From: Octopus vulgaris
Taxonomy: Eukaryota
Direction of reading: 5' to 3'
Assembly: GCA_951406725.2 (NCBI GenBank)
Contig: OX597818.1
Span: 23,994,001-24,058,000, forward strand
Length of the DNA stretch: 64,000 nt
Shown here: in pieces, positions 50,688-62,553 of the stretch
How positions within the stretch are numbered: position 1 is the stretch's first letter
Layout: every line of letters starts with the position of its first letter
The notes under the pieces: generated by a model
What the model saw: the letters and a program-made list of their open reading frames with translations, nothing else
Databases searched by the model: none
Told to the model about the DNA's origin: nothing
Translations under genes and position numbers: made by a program

Positions 50688-50760
50688 CTTCAATATCTTC
50701 ATCTGTGATATCAAGAACATGTGCTCCAATACGTTCAGCATAATGTGCTGCATACCACAC
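50688..50760 (-). CDS. PRDM10: PRDM10 exon, PR domain end
   Basis: tttag|GTG; VWYAAHYAERIGAHVLDITDEDIE; G|gttat. Confidence 0.92.
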
Positions 50761-52049
50761 CTAAAAAAAGAAAAAGATGATGATATTTTCTATAACAGTA
50801 GTAATGTGGAAGTGTGATGTGCACCACTCACAAATAACCTTGTATACACTGGAGTTACATGCTTGTGTGTTGAAGAACAGCACCAATGTTTCTATATTTG
50901 AAATCGAAAATTTTTACAAGAAATAAGCATTTCAACAAATTTTTGTTACCAAACTGGAAGATGCCCTGCCCCACCAGATTAGACATACAATTTAATGCAA
51001 TTTAGACTTTTCCCCACTTGAAAATTTTCACTAGGCATTGTTATTTTAGATGTAAACATTCCATTAACAATATTCTTCTTCTAATGGGATAGAGCTATGT
51101 AACCTTTATTCCTCTTTTCTCTTAAAGTTTCCTTCTTGCATTTTTTCTTGTGGTTTTTTTTTGTGGATGCAGGCTTGGCTATGTAGTAAGAAGTTTGCAG
51201 CCAAACCACATGGTTTTAGGTTCAGTCCTGGTGCATGGCTAAAGCCCTAGTCTGACCAAACACTTGTGGGTGGATTGTGTGGTAAGAAGCTTCCTTCTGA
51301 ATCACATGGCTCTGGGTTCAGTCCCACTGCATGGCACCTTGGGCAAGTGTCTTCTACTATAGCCTTGGGCTGACCAAAGCCTTCTGAGTGGATTTGGTAT
51401 AGAAACTGAAAGAAGCTCATCATATATGTGTGTGTGCATATGTGTGTCCTCCCACTATTGCTTGACAACTGATGCTGGTGTATCTATGTTCCAGTAACTT
51501 AGTGGTTCAGCAAAAGAGACTAATAGAATAAGTACTAGGCTTACAAAGAATAAGTCCTGGCAGTGCTCCAGTATGACCGCAGTCAAATGACTGCAACAAA
51601 TAAAAAGAATAAAAAAAGAATGTGCATGTATGTGTGTTACTGTCTCCTTGCCTTGACTTTGCATGATAGTTGTAAACAAGTGTAACCACATGCAAGTGGC
51701 ATCTTTCGTTTCTAATCTTCTCTGCAAACATGGTTATGGGGAAATATTACCTTGCTTGGAAAGAGATGAGGGCTGGTGACAAGAAGAACATTCAGATATG
51801 GAAAATCTACCTCAGCAAATTCTGCCTGACACATAAAGCATGGCAAAATGATGATAATGATTTGTGCATGGTACACTATACAAGCCTGTTCAATTACTGC
51901 ACTATCCTAGAATGAAACCTGCGGTAGATCATATATAACTCTTGTATTCATTAAACAATACTTATCTCTTGCTTGATTGTGTACTTTTTTGCTGATCCTG
52001 CCAACAAGCAAGCAGTACACTATATATATAGAAAACATTTTCCGTCACA

Positions 52050-52815
52050 TGCCAGGGAGAAAAACTAGAAGTAGTAGATAGCTTCTGTTACCTAGATGAT
52101 TAAGTCAGTAGCAGGGGTGGATGCTCTGATAGCTTAGCTGCTAGAATAAAAATAGCCAGGGCAAAGTACAGAGAGCTCCTACCTCTGCTAGTAACAAAGG
52201 ACCTCTTGCTCGGAGTGAAATGTAGACTGTATGACACATGTTTGCAAAAATCCATGCTACAAGGCAGTGAAACATGGGCTGAGGACATGTAAAATTGTAA
52301 CAAATGAAGCTAGCATGCTCCGCTGGATGTGTAATGTCAGTGTGTATACACCACAGAATGTAAGCACCCTGAGAGAACAGTTGGACATAAGAAACATCAG
52401 ATGTGGTGTGCAAGAGATGACTGCGCTGATATGGTCATGTGTTACATATGGATGAAGACAGCTGTGTGAAAAAGTGTCACACCCTAACAGTGGAGGGAAC
52501 CTATGGAAGAGGTAGACCCAGGAAGACCTGGGAAGAGGTGGTGAAGCACAACTTTCGAACATTGGGCCTCATGGAGGCGGTGATGAGCAACTGAGACCTT
52601 TGGAGATATGCTGTGCTTGAGAAGACCCAGCAGCCCAAGTGAGACCATAACAGTGGCCTAGGCCAGCGTAGCATAACTGTCCTGTTTAAGAGTACCCTTC
52701 AATCATTGGGCAATAAACTGTGCTTGAGAAGACCTGTTGAGTCAAGTGAAATCATTGTTGTGGCCAATGCCAGTGCCACCTGACTGGTCTCATGCCAGTG
52801 GCACATAAAAATGCT
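52050..52815 (+). mobile_element. RTE LINE fragment
   Basis: Starts at gggagaaaaactagaagtagtagatagc, homologous to 60350-60380. Confidence 0.85.
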
Positions 52816-53479
52816 TCTTAGGAGCATGCACACTTGGTAATAAGATACATAAATACTCCATAAGTAGTAGTAGTAGTAGTAAACATCGTCATCACTATCA
52901 TCCTCATCATCATTTAATCTGTTGTCCATGCTGGCAAACTTGAAGGCTATACCAGACTCTAGTCTGAGATGCCATAGTTTCTACAGCTGGATTCTCTTCC
53001 TAATACCAACCACTCCAAGAGTGTAATGGGTGCTTACAAACCACCAGCAAAGGTGCCATTTGTGTGACACTAGTAGCTGCCATGGCTACATTTGCCATTG
53101 CCTCCGTGAGGCCCAACACAGCTGTCCTCGTCCACATGACCATACCAGTGCAGTTGTCTCTCTTGCACACCAGATCTGATGCCTCTTATGCTCAACTTTT
53201 CCTCAAAATGCTTACACTGTCATACATGCAGCTAGTATGCTTCACATCCAGTGAAGCATACTAACTGTATTTCTTTCAAGCCTAAGCATGTCCTCGGCAG
53301 TCACAGCCCATATGTCACTGCTGTGTAGCATAGCTGTTTGCATGCAGGCATCATACAGTCTACCTTCACTCTGAGAGAGAGGCCCTTTGTTGCCAACAGA
53401 GGTAGGATATTTTTTCAAGTAAATCAGCTCAACAAATATTCATAAATTTATTAAGTATTTATATCTAAAAAAAACTTAC

Positions 53480-53659
53480 TTTGAGCTCCTGCCTTGGCTC
53501 AATGTTTTTAGAAACTGTAAAATAGATATCTTGACAGTGTTGATAAGCAACAAGGTTTTGTTCAGCAAAGTTCTCAGCAGGTCGTACAAACATCATCCAA
53601 TTACATTTATTCTCATCAGACATTTCAATGTAAAAACACTCATTATTTTCACGCTCTAA
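53480..53659 (-). CDS. PRDM10: PRDM10 exon, PR/SET domain
   Basis: [27 protein letters not shown]...IYFT...QELK; 180 nt with AG/GT. Confidence 0.95.
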
Positions 53660-53976
53660 CTGCAAGGAAAAAGGAAAAGAGAGAAATTATATTAAGGATA
53701 ACTAAACAGAAAGAAACATCAAATATATCAAATTTTTTTTAAAAGTTAATTAGTACAGTGTGATAACCAAAAGGTGAAAAACATAAGCATTAATAAGTAA
53801 TATACTCATAATGAAATAACGACATGTAGCATATGATCTTGAAATGCAGGATATATAGTCCTATTCAACATATAGAACAGAGAATACATAAAAGGGGTCA
53901 ACAATATACAGTATTGGATCTCATTTAACAGTAAATACCATTCTTAATTAACAACTTTCTATAAATTTCAACAATA

Positions 53977-54381
53977 GGCGCAGGAGTGGCTGTGTGGTAA
54001 GTAGCTTGCTTACCAACCACATGGTTCCGGGTTCAGTCCCACTGCGTGGCATCTTGGGCAAGTGTCTTCTGCTATAGCCCCGGGCCGACCAATGCCTTGT
54101 GAGTGGATTTGGTAGACGGAAACTGAAAGAAGCCTGTCGTATATATGTATGTATATATATATATATATATGTGTGTGTGTTTGTGTTTGTTCCCCTAGCA
54201 TTGCTTGACAACCGATGCTGGTGTGTTTACGTGCCCATCACTTAGCGGTTCGGCAAAAGAGACCGATAGAATGAGTACTGGGCTTACAAAGAATAAGTCC
54301 CGGGGTCGATTTGCTCGACTAAAGGCGGTGCTCCAGCATGGCTGCAGTCAAATGACTGAAACAAGTAAAAGAGTAAAGAGT
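53977..54381 (+). mobile_element. tRNA-derived SINE with CORE-like segment (other copies at ~6967-7290, 15323-15610, 35459-35885, 36960-37187, 51168-51860)
   Basis: A box gtggctgtgtggt, B box gggttcagtccc, cttgggcaagtgtcttct, internal (TA)n(TG)n; multiple copies in the window. Confidence 0.85.
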
Positions 54382-54671
54382 AATAAACTACATATCCTGA
54401 TCATTTCCATCTACAGACTTCAGCTAATGATATTCATATATCCATATATTTCAATTAATATAATTCATAAATACTTTGTTGAACACTATTTAAATGGAAA
54501 TTATATCTGATAACTATACATGTAATAAAAAAGTATAAGTAGTTAAAGGTATTTCTGGAACTTTGGCTTCAGGTATTGTTTCCACACATGACAGATAACT
54601 TTATGAAGAACAAAATTTGAACAAAATTAAATGAAACAAAAACTTCAATAATTAATGCCTTTGAAACTGAC

Positions 54672-54784
54672 CATTAAAACAAACCGACAGTTTGTCAGCT
54701 GATTTTGATTGGCTACTGGTTCACCAATAAATGGTCCAAACTGTGTAGATTTTGCAATGGGACGTTTTGCAAATACTCCAAGTT
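54672..54784 (-). CDS. PRDM10: PRDM10 exon, PR/SET domain start
   Basis: LGVFAKRPIAKSTQFGPFIG; tag|AA...ATG|gtcag. Confidence 0.92.
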
Positions 54785-55199
54785 CTAGTAGAGAAAAAAA
54801 GAAAAGATTACATACAATATGTTTTGATCAATTGAAAATAAGCCTCTTTACAAATAAGCAGTTGTTCTCTCTAAAATAAATTAAATATATCACCACAACA
54901 ATAAATAAGCACAGAAAGGGATTTAAAATGCAGGCAACTTTTATAAGCAGATTTAATGATAAAAGTGAAACTTGTGAAAAAGAAATGAATTATTATCATT
55001 AAAAACGTTGTCCAGTGTTTTTTTTTTATAGTGGCTTCAATTAAGTGTACTATATAGCATCATATCAATTGGCATGAGGTTGAGTAACAATCAGGCAAAT
55101 ATTTTGTTAACTATTATGATAAAAAATTTTAAATTTAACAGATTAATAATACAATGTCTTTGATAAGTAAATTAATCTGTCAGATTAATTTACTTATCT

Positions 55200-55427
55200 G
55201 CGAGCTGGCAGAAACGTTAGCATGCCGAGTGAAATGCTTATCAGTATTTCATCTGCTGTTATGTTCTTAGTTCAAATTCTGCCAAGATCGACTTTGCCTT
55301 TCATCCTTTCGGGGTCGATAAATTAAGTACCAGTTATGCACTGGGGTCGATGTAATCGGCTTAATCTGTGTGTCTGTCCTTGTTTGTCCCCTCTATATTT
55401 AGCCCCTTGTGGGTAATAAAGAAATAA
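55200..55427 (+). mobile_element. tRNA-derived SINE with Meta-like segment (minus copies at ~6609-6824, 9003-9225, 33915-34110)
   Basis: gagctggcaga...gttcaaatt...gcctttcatcctttcggggtcgataaattaagtacc, repeated in the window. Confidence 0.82.
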
Positions 55428-56223
55428 GATTTGTCAATTAACAGACAAGCACTGGGCAAGTCAATCCTATGACAGACAATCAACTCCTGGTTGCAACCAT
55501 ATGCTTGTGTGAAGTTAGTCAAGTAAATCAACAAAGCAAAACAATCTAGAAACAATGCTTAATCCAAACTTAGTATTTATGGTAACGCTATATATAACTC
55601 CCACATCTGGGACAGCAACATGTATGAACATTGCAGATTGCATTTCACATAACAAGTCCCCCAACTGACAATCATGGGAGTTACTCACTAATACACATTT
55701 CAGCCTCTAACTCACAGATATGCTGTCTCCTCACTCTGTTTTCTCTACCACAACTCCAGTGGCTTTTGTTTCTCAAGGCTGGCTTGTCTAGTGCCACCCC
55801 TAACCAAATAAATCATCTCGCTTCTTTTCCTCATCCATATTGTGTTTATTCCCTACACTAATCACTATTTCTAAACCTTCTTGAAAATGATGACTCTATA
55901 AAATTCCCTCCTTGTCCATGTTTTTTTTCCTGCTATTGTTCAAGATAAACTTTAACTGTATCATTCTTGACAGTCTCATCAAATATGTTAAAGTTATAGG
56001 TGCAGCCATTTCCTTCAGGTCCAACCATTAAAAACAAAAACAACTTAAGTTAAAATCAACAACAGTACCAATATACTCAATTACCAATTATCTACTTATA
56101 AAGAAATGACTACAGTTATAATTTAAATGTCAATAACTAAAATGAGTATGTTTAAAAGAAAAAAATATTTTATTGTTATATTTTTAAAATAATACAAACA
56201 AGCTTACAAATTACACAACTAAC

Positions 56224-56364
56224 CTGTACTTTCACCAAGTCGAAATATCTGAAGTATTGGAGGTAAACTGGACCAGGCCCGAGACAAGACTACTTTATCA
56301 GGTACAATTTGTAGGCGATGTTCTGGACATTCATTTTGGTAAGTAGCCATGCATTCTTCACACC
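56224..56364 (-). CDS. PRDM10: PRDM10 exon, PR zinc knuckle
   Basis: WCEECMATYQNECPEH...VPDKVVLSRAWSSLP, the typical PRDM zinc knuckle; AG/GT sites present. Confidence 0.92.
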
Positions 56365-56450
56365 CTTGATAAAAGTAAAGTTTAAAATGTAGTTCTCATT
56401 GGAGTAAAACAAATACGCAAAAAATACAATGAAAATTATAAAATGCTTAC

Positions 56451-56553
56451 AAAGTTCATCAGGGTTATATGCCTTGGTAGGTTTATATTGACGGCGATGA
56501 CTCGACCAGCTTGACTCGGCCTCCATATTGGCAATGCGGTTTGATTTACGCAA
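56451..56553 (-). CDS. PRDM10: PRDM10 exon
   Basis: gaag|TTG...CTT T|gtaag; LRKSNRIA...KAYNPDEL(W). Confidence 0.85.
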
Positions 56554-57425
56554 CTTCAATAAGAAATACAAAAAAAAAAGAGAAATTAGCTTCAATTCTT
56601 TCTTTTAGATTAAGGTTACTTTTGTGTGTAGACAAGAACCAAAATATTTTGATCTCTTTTTTTTTTCTCTTTTTTATTACAATCATTTTCCTAAAAGTCT
56701 GGAAGTGTGCTGGTACTTATAAATAAAAAATGACTGAGGATAGGTCTCTCTCTTACCTGTCCTTCCACCTCTCTCTGGATAGGGTATCAATCCAGTGGAA
56801 GTTTTGTTACAATTCTTCAAGCTAATTGCTATTTATACAATACCTTTGAGAAGCATGTTCTTGAGAAATAAGCATATTTGTAATAAGAAGTAAATAAAGT
56901 ACCATTACAGGATACAATCAATTGACATTGGTAAGCAGGCCAGACTTATCTTGGGCAGTTGAGACTTTCAGTCTGGATAACTCTAAACATTTGAACATTA
57001 ATATTAGTATGCATTTTGAGAGCAACTGAGTTGTCATTAGCTCTGCTTAAACACATACAACCAAACATTTAAGACTATCAAAAGCCAAACAAATTCCAAA
57101 ATAATTTTCAGTTGCCAGCTACATCAAGTTAATCTCAAAGGGCTATTATGTAACAACCAAGTCTAAGTTACCCATATTCACTATGGCTACCATCAAAGTC
57201 TTCATTCATAACTACAATATAAACCATGAACAGACAATCATTGCAAGCAGTAATACAGTGATTGCATTAGGCTTTGGAAGATTGATAAAGAAATGCATCG
57301 GAAGGTAATAGTACGTAGAACATAGAAAATAAAATATGTCAGTAATTTTGATGTAAACAAGTGATCTTGTTTCCTTTCCCAGTTCATATAAAAATTAAAA
57401 GTAAAACAAGAAAATTCCAACTTAC

Positions 57426-57853
57426 TTGTCGTTTTGAATGAGGAATATTTTCTTTTTCTTCTTCTAAGCAATTGAGAATGTTATTAGTAATGTTATTAGA
57501 TGCAGCAGCATTACCAGAAACCCTGTTTGATGCAATATTAACAGAACCTCTGCTTGATCCAGCAATGTTGGCAGAGCTTATGTTAGAGTCAGCAGTATTG
57601 TCTAGTCCATTAATAGAGCCACTGATATTAGCAGAAATACAACTAGATCCAGTGATATTACTCGGCCCAGTGTTGCTAGTTCCGGAAGTATTGCTAGAAA
57701 AATTGCTGGGTCCAGTAATATTACCAAGTCCACTACTGCTAGCTCCAGTAATATTATTTGGACCATGGCTTAGGCTACTAACATTAGCTGAATCATTGTT
57801 AGATCTAGCAACAATTTCTTCTAGATTCTGAGATATTGCTAGATGAGCACCAC
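57426..57853 (-). CDS. PRDM10: PRDM10 exon, Ser/Asn/Gly-rich low complexity
   Basis: ttttcag|GT...CAA|gtaag, 428 nt, open frame, phase 1 to 0. Confidence 0.8.
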
Positions 57854-58865
57854 CTGAAAAAAACAAAAAAAACACTGACAGGTAATATCACTAATAACTG
57901 ATATGTCAACATAAAGCCTCAGATGCTTTAATGCAAAACAAGAAGGCTGACATCCTGGACATGCATACGTTAAATTTATGCTATCATATAAAAATAGATT
58001 TTAAAATTATGATGATGGTCATTGTCATCGTTATCATTATAAACTTTTGTATTTTATTTGTTTTATTCATTGAACTGTGGACATGGTGGTGTATCATCTT
58101 GACTTCAGTACTTACAAATTGACCTCAGAACTTACTTTTTTAAGTCTGGTATTATTTTACTTACTAAGTTACAGGGTCACAAAACAAACCAACATTAGGA
58201 GTGGAGGACAAGCATAGACACAAAAACACACCCACGCACGTACACGCGCACACACATACACACACGATGGGCTTCAAGACAGTTTCTGTTTACCAAATTC
58301 ATTTACAAGGCATTAGTTAGCCTGGAGGTAGAGTAAGATACACTTGCCCAAACAAGCCTGAAACAACATGGTTGCAAAGTGAGCTTCTTAACCACACAGA
58401 ATAAAATGATAGAAGACAATTATTATTATTATTTAGGTCTATTGATTCTCAAGAGCACACATCACTGAATAAACAATTTCTGATACTGAACTAAGTGGAA
58501 TAAATTCAATATGTACAAGAGACTTCAAGGAAAGTAAAGTTACACTAAATCAGTGATGTCCTGTATTCTATTAAGTCATTAATAGGATATAGAACATTGC
58601 TATTGCAACTCTTCGTGTTTATGTAATGATTAAAGGGACAATACACTGATAAAATTTTCCATCTTTCACCAGTATGAATCTTTAAAGAAGGATTTTTCAT
58701 ATAATACAAAGTAAAAATGATGACATGCCCAACATTAGGAGGATTTTAGCTTAGCACTGCAACTTTAAAAATACTTACATAGTACTCCATCTAATTACAC
58801 ATTAGTTAATAGAGCTATTGGTATTTCAATAGCTTAATGCAGAGCAAGTAAACTCACTAACCAAA

Positions 58866-59170
58866 TAGTGCCGGTGGCATGTAAAAAGCACCATCCGAAC
58901 GTGGCTGATGCCAGCGCCGCCTTGACTGGCTTCTGTGCCGGTGGCACATAAAAAGCACCAACCGATCGTGGCTGCTGCCAGACTCCCCTGGCACCTGTGT
59001 TGGTGGCACGTAAAAAGCACCCACTACACTCATTGAGTGGTTGGCGTTAGGAAGGGCATCCAGCTGTAGAGCCTGGTGCAGCCTCCTGGCTTCCCAGACC
59101 CCGGTCGAACCGTCCAACCCGTGCTAGCACGGAAAACGGACATTAAACGATAATGATGATGATGATGATG
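58866..59170 (+). mobile_element. RTE LINE 3' end, tail-to-tail with the larger copy
   Basis: Family 3' UTR plus (atg)n tail. Confidence 0.85.
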
Positions 59171-61642
59171 ATCATCATCATCATCGTTTAACGTCCGCTT
59201 TCCATGCTAGCATGGGTTGGACGGTTCAACTGGGGTCTGGGAAGCCCGAAGGCTGCACCAGGCCAGTCAGATGTGGCAGTGTTTCTACAGCTGGATGCCC
59301 TTCCTAACGCCAACCACTCCGAGTGGGTGATTTTATGTGCCACCGACACAGGTGCCAGACGAGGCTGGCAGACGGCCACGCTCGGATGGTGTTTGTTATG
59401 TGCCACCGACACAGGTGCCAGACGAGGCTGGCAGACGGCCACGCTCGGATGGTGTTTTCTTATGTGTCACCGACACAGGTGCCAGACGAGGCTGGCGGAC
59501 GGCCACGCTCGGATGGTGTTTGTTACGTGCCCTCAGCACGGAGGCCAGTCATTGCGGTACTGGCTACGGTCACGTTCGGATGGTTTTCTTATGTGCCACC
59601 GGCACTGGTACCACAAGGATACAAATTCCATTGATGTTCATCTATTTTGATTTGGTTCGATTTGATTCGATACGATTCGATTCTCACTTGCCTCAACAGG
59701 TCTTCACAAGTGTCACAAGAAGGAAGGTATGCACAGGTGGACTGACTACGTCCCAGGTAGGGGCCACGGATTATGGCTTCACTAGTCTTGCCGGGTCTTC
59801 TCACGCACAGCATACTTCCATAGGTCTCGGTCTCTAGTCATTTCCATGGTGAGACCTAACGTCCGAAGGTCGTGCTTCACCACCTCGTCCCAGGTTTTCC
59901 TGGGTCTACCTCTTCCACGGGTTCCCTCAACTGCTAGGGATTGGCACTTTCTCACACACCTATCTTCATCCATTCTCGCCACATGACCATACCAGCGCAA
60001 TCGTCTCTCTTGCACACAACAACTGATGCTTCTTAGGTACAACATTTCTCTCAAGGTACTAACGCTCTGTCGAGTAAGTACACTGACATTACACATCCAT
60101 CGGAGCATACTGGCTTCGTTCCTCACGAGCTTACGCATGTCCTCAGCAGTCACGGCCCATGTTTCACTGCCATGTAGCATAGCTGTTCGTACACATGCAT
60201 CATACAGTCTGCCTTTTACTCTGAGCGAGAGGCCTTTAGTCACCAGCAGAGGTAAGAGCTCCCTAAACTTTGCCCAGGCTATTCTTATTCTAGCAGTTAC
60301 ACTTTCAGCGCACCCACCCCCACTACTGACTTGGTCACCTAGATAGCGGAAGCTATCAACTACTTCTAGTTTTTCCCCCGGAAAGTGACAGAAGTTGTTT
60401 TCTGCAGATTTTCGGAGGTCAATGCTCCAGAGCACCTGCCACATACAAAAACTATCTTCCCAGTTAGCCTACCTTTGACATTGCTGCACCTCTTATGTGT
60501 CCATAGCTTACACTGGGTACATCTTATAGAGTTTCTACCTACACCTTTTCTACAGATCGAGCAGGGCCATCTTCCTGAGGATATTTGTGGGTTTTCTACC
60601 TTTCTACTTATTAGTACTTTGGTTTTAGCTAGGTTGACTCTAAGGCCCCTCGATTCTAAACCCTCCTTCCACACCTGGAACTTCTCCTCCAGTTCTGATA
60701 GTGACTCAGCGATTAGAGCGAGGTCGTCAGCATAGAGGAGCTCCCAGGGGCAACCTGTCTTGAATTCCTCCGTTATTGCCTGGAGGACTATGATAAATAG
60801 GAGGGGGCTGAGTACTGAACCCTGGTGGACCCCAACCTCTACTTTGAATTCTTCTGTGTACATGTTGCCAACTCTAACCTTACTTACGGCATCTCTGTAC
60901 ATGGCTTGCACAGCCCTCACCAGCCATTCATCTATCCCTAGTTTCCTCATTGACCACCAGATGAGGGATCGGGGGACCCTATCAAAGGCTTTCTCCATGT
61001 CAACGAAAGCCAGGTACAGGGGCTTATCCTTGGCTAGGTATTTCTCCTGCAGCTGCCTTACCAGGAATATAGCATCAGTGGTGCTTTTCCCTGGGACAAA
61101 CCCAAACTGCATCTCATCTAAACTAACTCTCTCTCTAATTAGTTGGGCTATGACCCTCTCCGTAACCTTCATTACCTGATCCAACAGCTTGATACCTCTG
61201 TAATTATTTGTATCCAGGGCATCACCTTTACCTTTGTAGCAGTTGACTAGTATGCTGCTACACCAGTCATTGGGTATGACTCCTTCGTGTATCACCTGGT
61301 TGACTATACGGGTGACTAGGTTATAGCCGACACTGCCAGATATTTTGAGCATCTCTGCAGTAATTCCTGATGGGCCTGGGGCTTTCCCTGTCTTCATGCT
61401 TCTAATTGCCTTAGCTACCACGGAACTATCAACTCGGATAGCTGGTCCCTCTGTTGGGTCAACATTTGGCAGACTCTCTTTATCCCATTCATTTTCTTTA
61501 TTCAGCAAACTTTCATAGTGGCATCTCCAAACCTCTCTCTTTGCATCCTCATTTAGCGCAAGTGAACCATCATCCATGCGAACACACTTCTCTCCTACCA
61601 CATCACGATTCTCTCTCACACACTGTCTTGCAACACGAAATA
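59171..61642 (-). mobile_element. 5'-truncated RTE LINE, near-intact RT with internal PHD-like finger, one frameshift near 60378
   Basis: KAPGP, QFGF, FVDMEKAFD, GVHQGSVLSP, LYADD, CSIC..C..C..H..C..C..C, FRYLG, RGRGRPRKTW; (ATG)n tail. Confidence 0.95.
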
Positions 61643-61690
61643 TGATGATGAAAAAGAAAGAGAGATTTAAATGACAGAGAATCAACTTAC

Positions 61691-62035
61691 TTGATAAATC
61701 TGCATCAACTTCAGCAGAACTGTCAGCAACACCATCAGTACTAATTGAGTTAAGATGATGTTGCCGCCTAAAATTATCAATTATACAAGACTGGGCAGCC
61801 TCAACTCTTTGAAAAACACCAATATCCCTTTCCAAGACAACACTTGGTGACACGGAGTTGGTGCCATCCACAGTTGATGATAACTGTCCACTGCTAACAG
61901 CAGAAACTGCTACACCCAAGACCTCACGTGTTGTAGTACTAATACCATTGCTACTAGATATGGTAGAATGGAGACCATTAGCATCATTTGCCTCTTCAAT
62001 ACCATTGTCAGTGCTGAATGTCACACCAGAACCAA
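61691..62035 (-). CDS. PRDM10: PRDM10 N-terminal region exon (first exon in window; more lie upstream)
   Basis: tttcag|TT...TCA A|gtaag, 345 nt, phase 1 to 1, in phase with the next exon. Confidence 0.75.
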
Positions 62036-62483
62036 CTGAAAACAAAAAAATAAAAATACAATCAAACTATTCAAGATAATATGAATACAAAAGAAAAAAA
62101 ATAAAGATTCAAATTATGAAAATTAGTAGAACATCTTAAGACACTTCATTTTGAATAGATCTTCAAATTTCAATATTTGTTAATGTTATTATTATAGACG
62201 TCAGTGAAAAAGTAAATCTCCAGTAAAGAATCAGTTGATTGTAAAGTTGGTACCAACAAATAGCAAACATCTTACATTTCAGATTCATCAAGGACTATAC
62301 TGAGTATGCAATTATACACTTTCATTTAGAGGTATGTAGCACGAGAGTAAGAAATATTGTGAGGACTCGCGGGTGGTAGTTTGGATATTTTTATTCAGTG
62401 TGTTGTGTCCAACATATCTTTGAAGGATTAAAGGTCCTTCCTGAGCCATAGGCTCATAAGGCCAATTTTCCAGACTCTGTGTG

Positions 62484-62536
<53 letters not shown>

Positions 62537-62553
62537 CACGCACACACATATTT

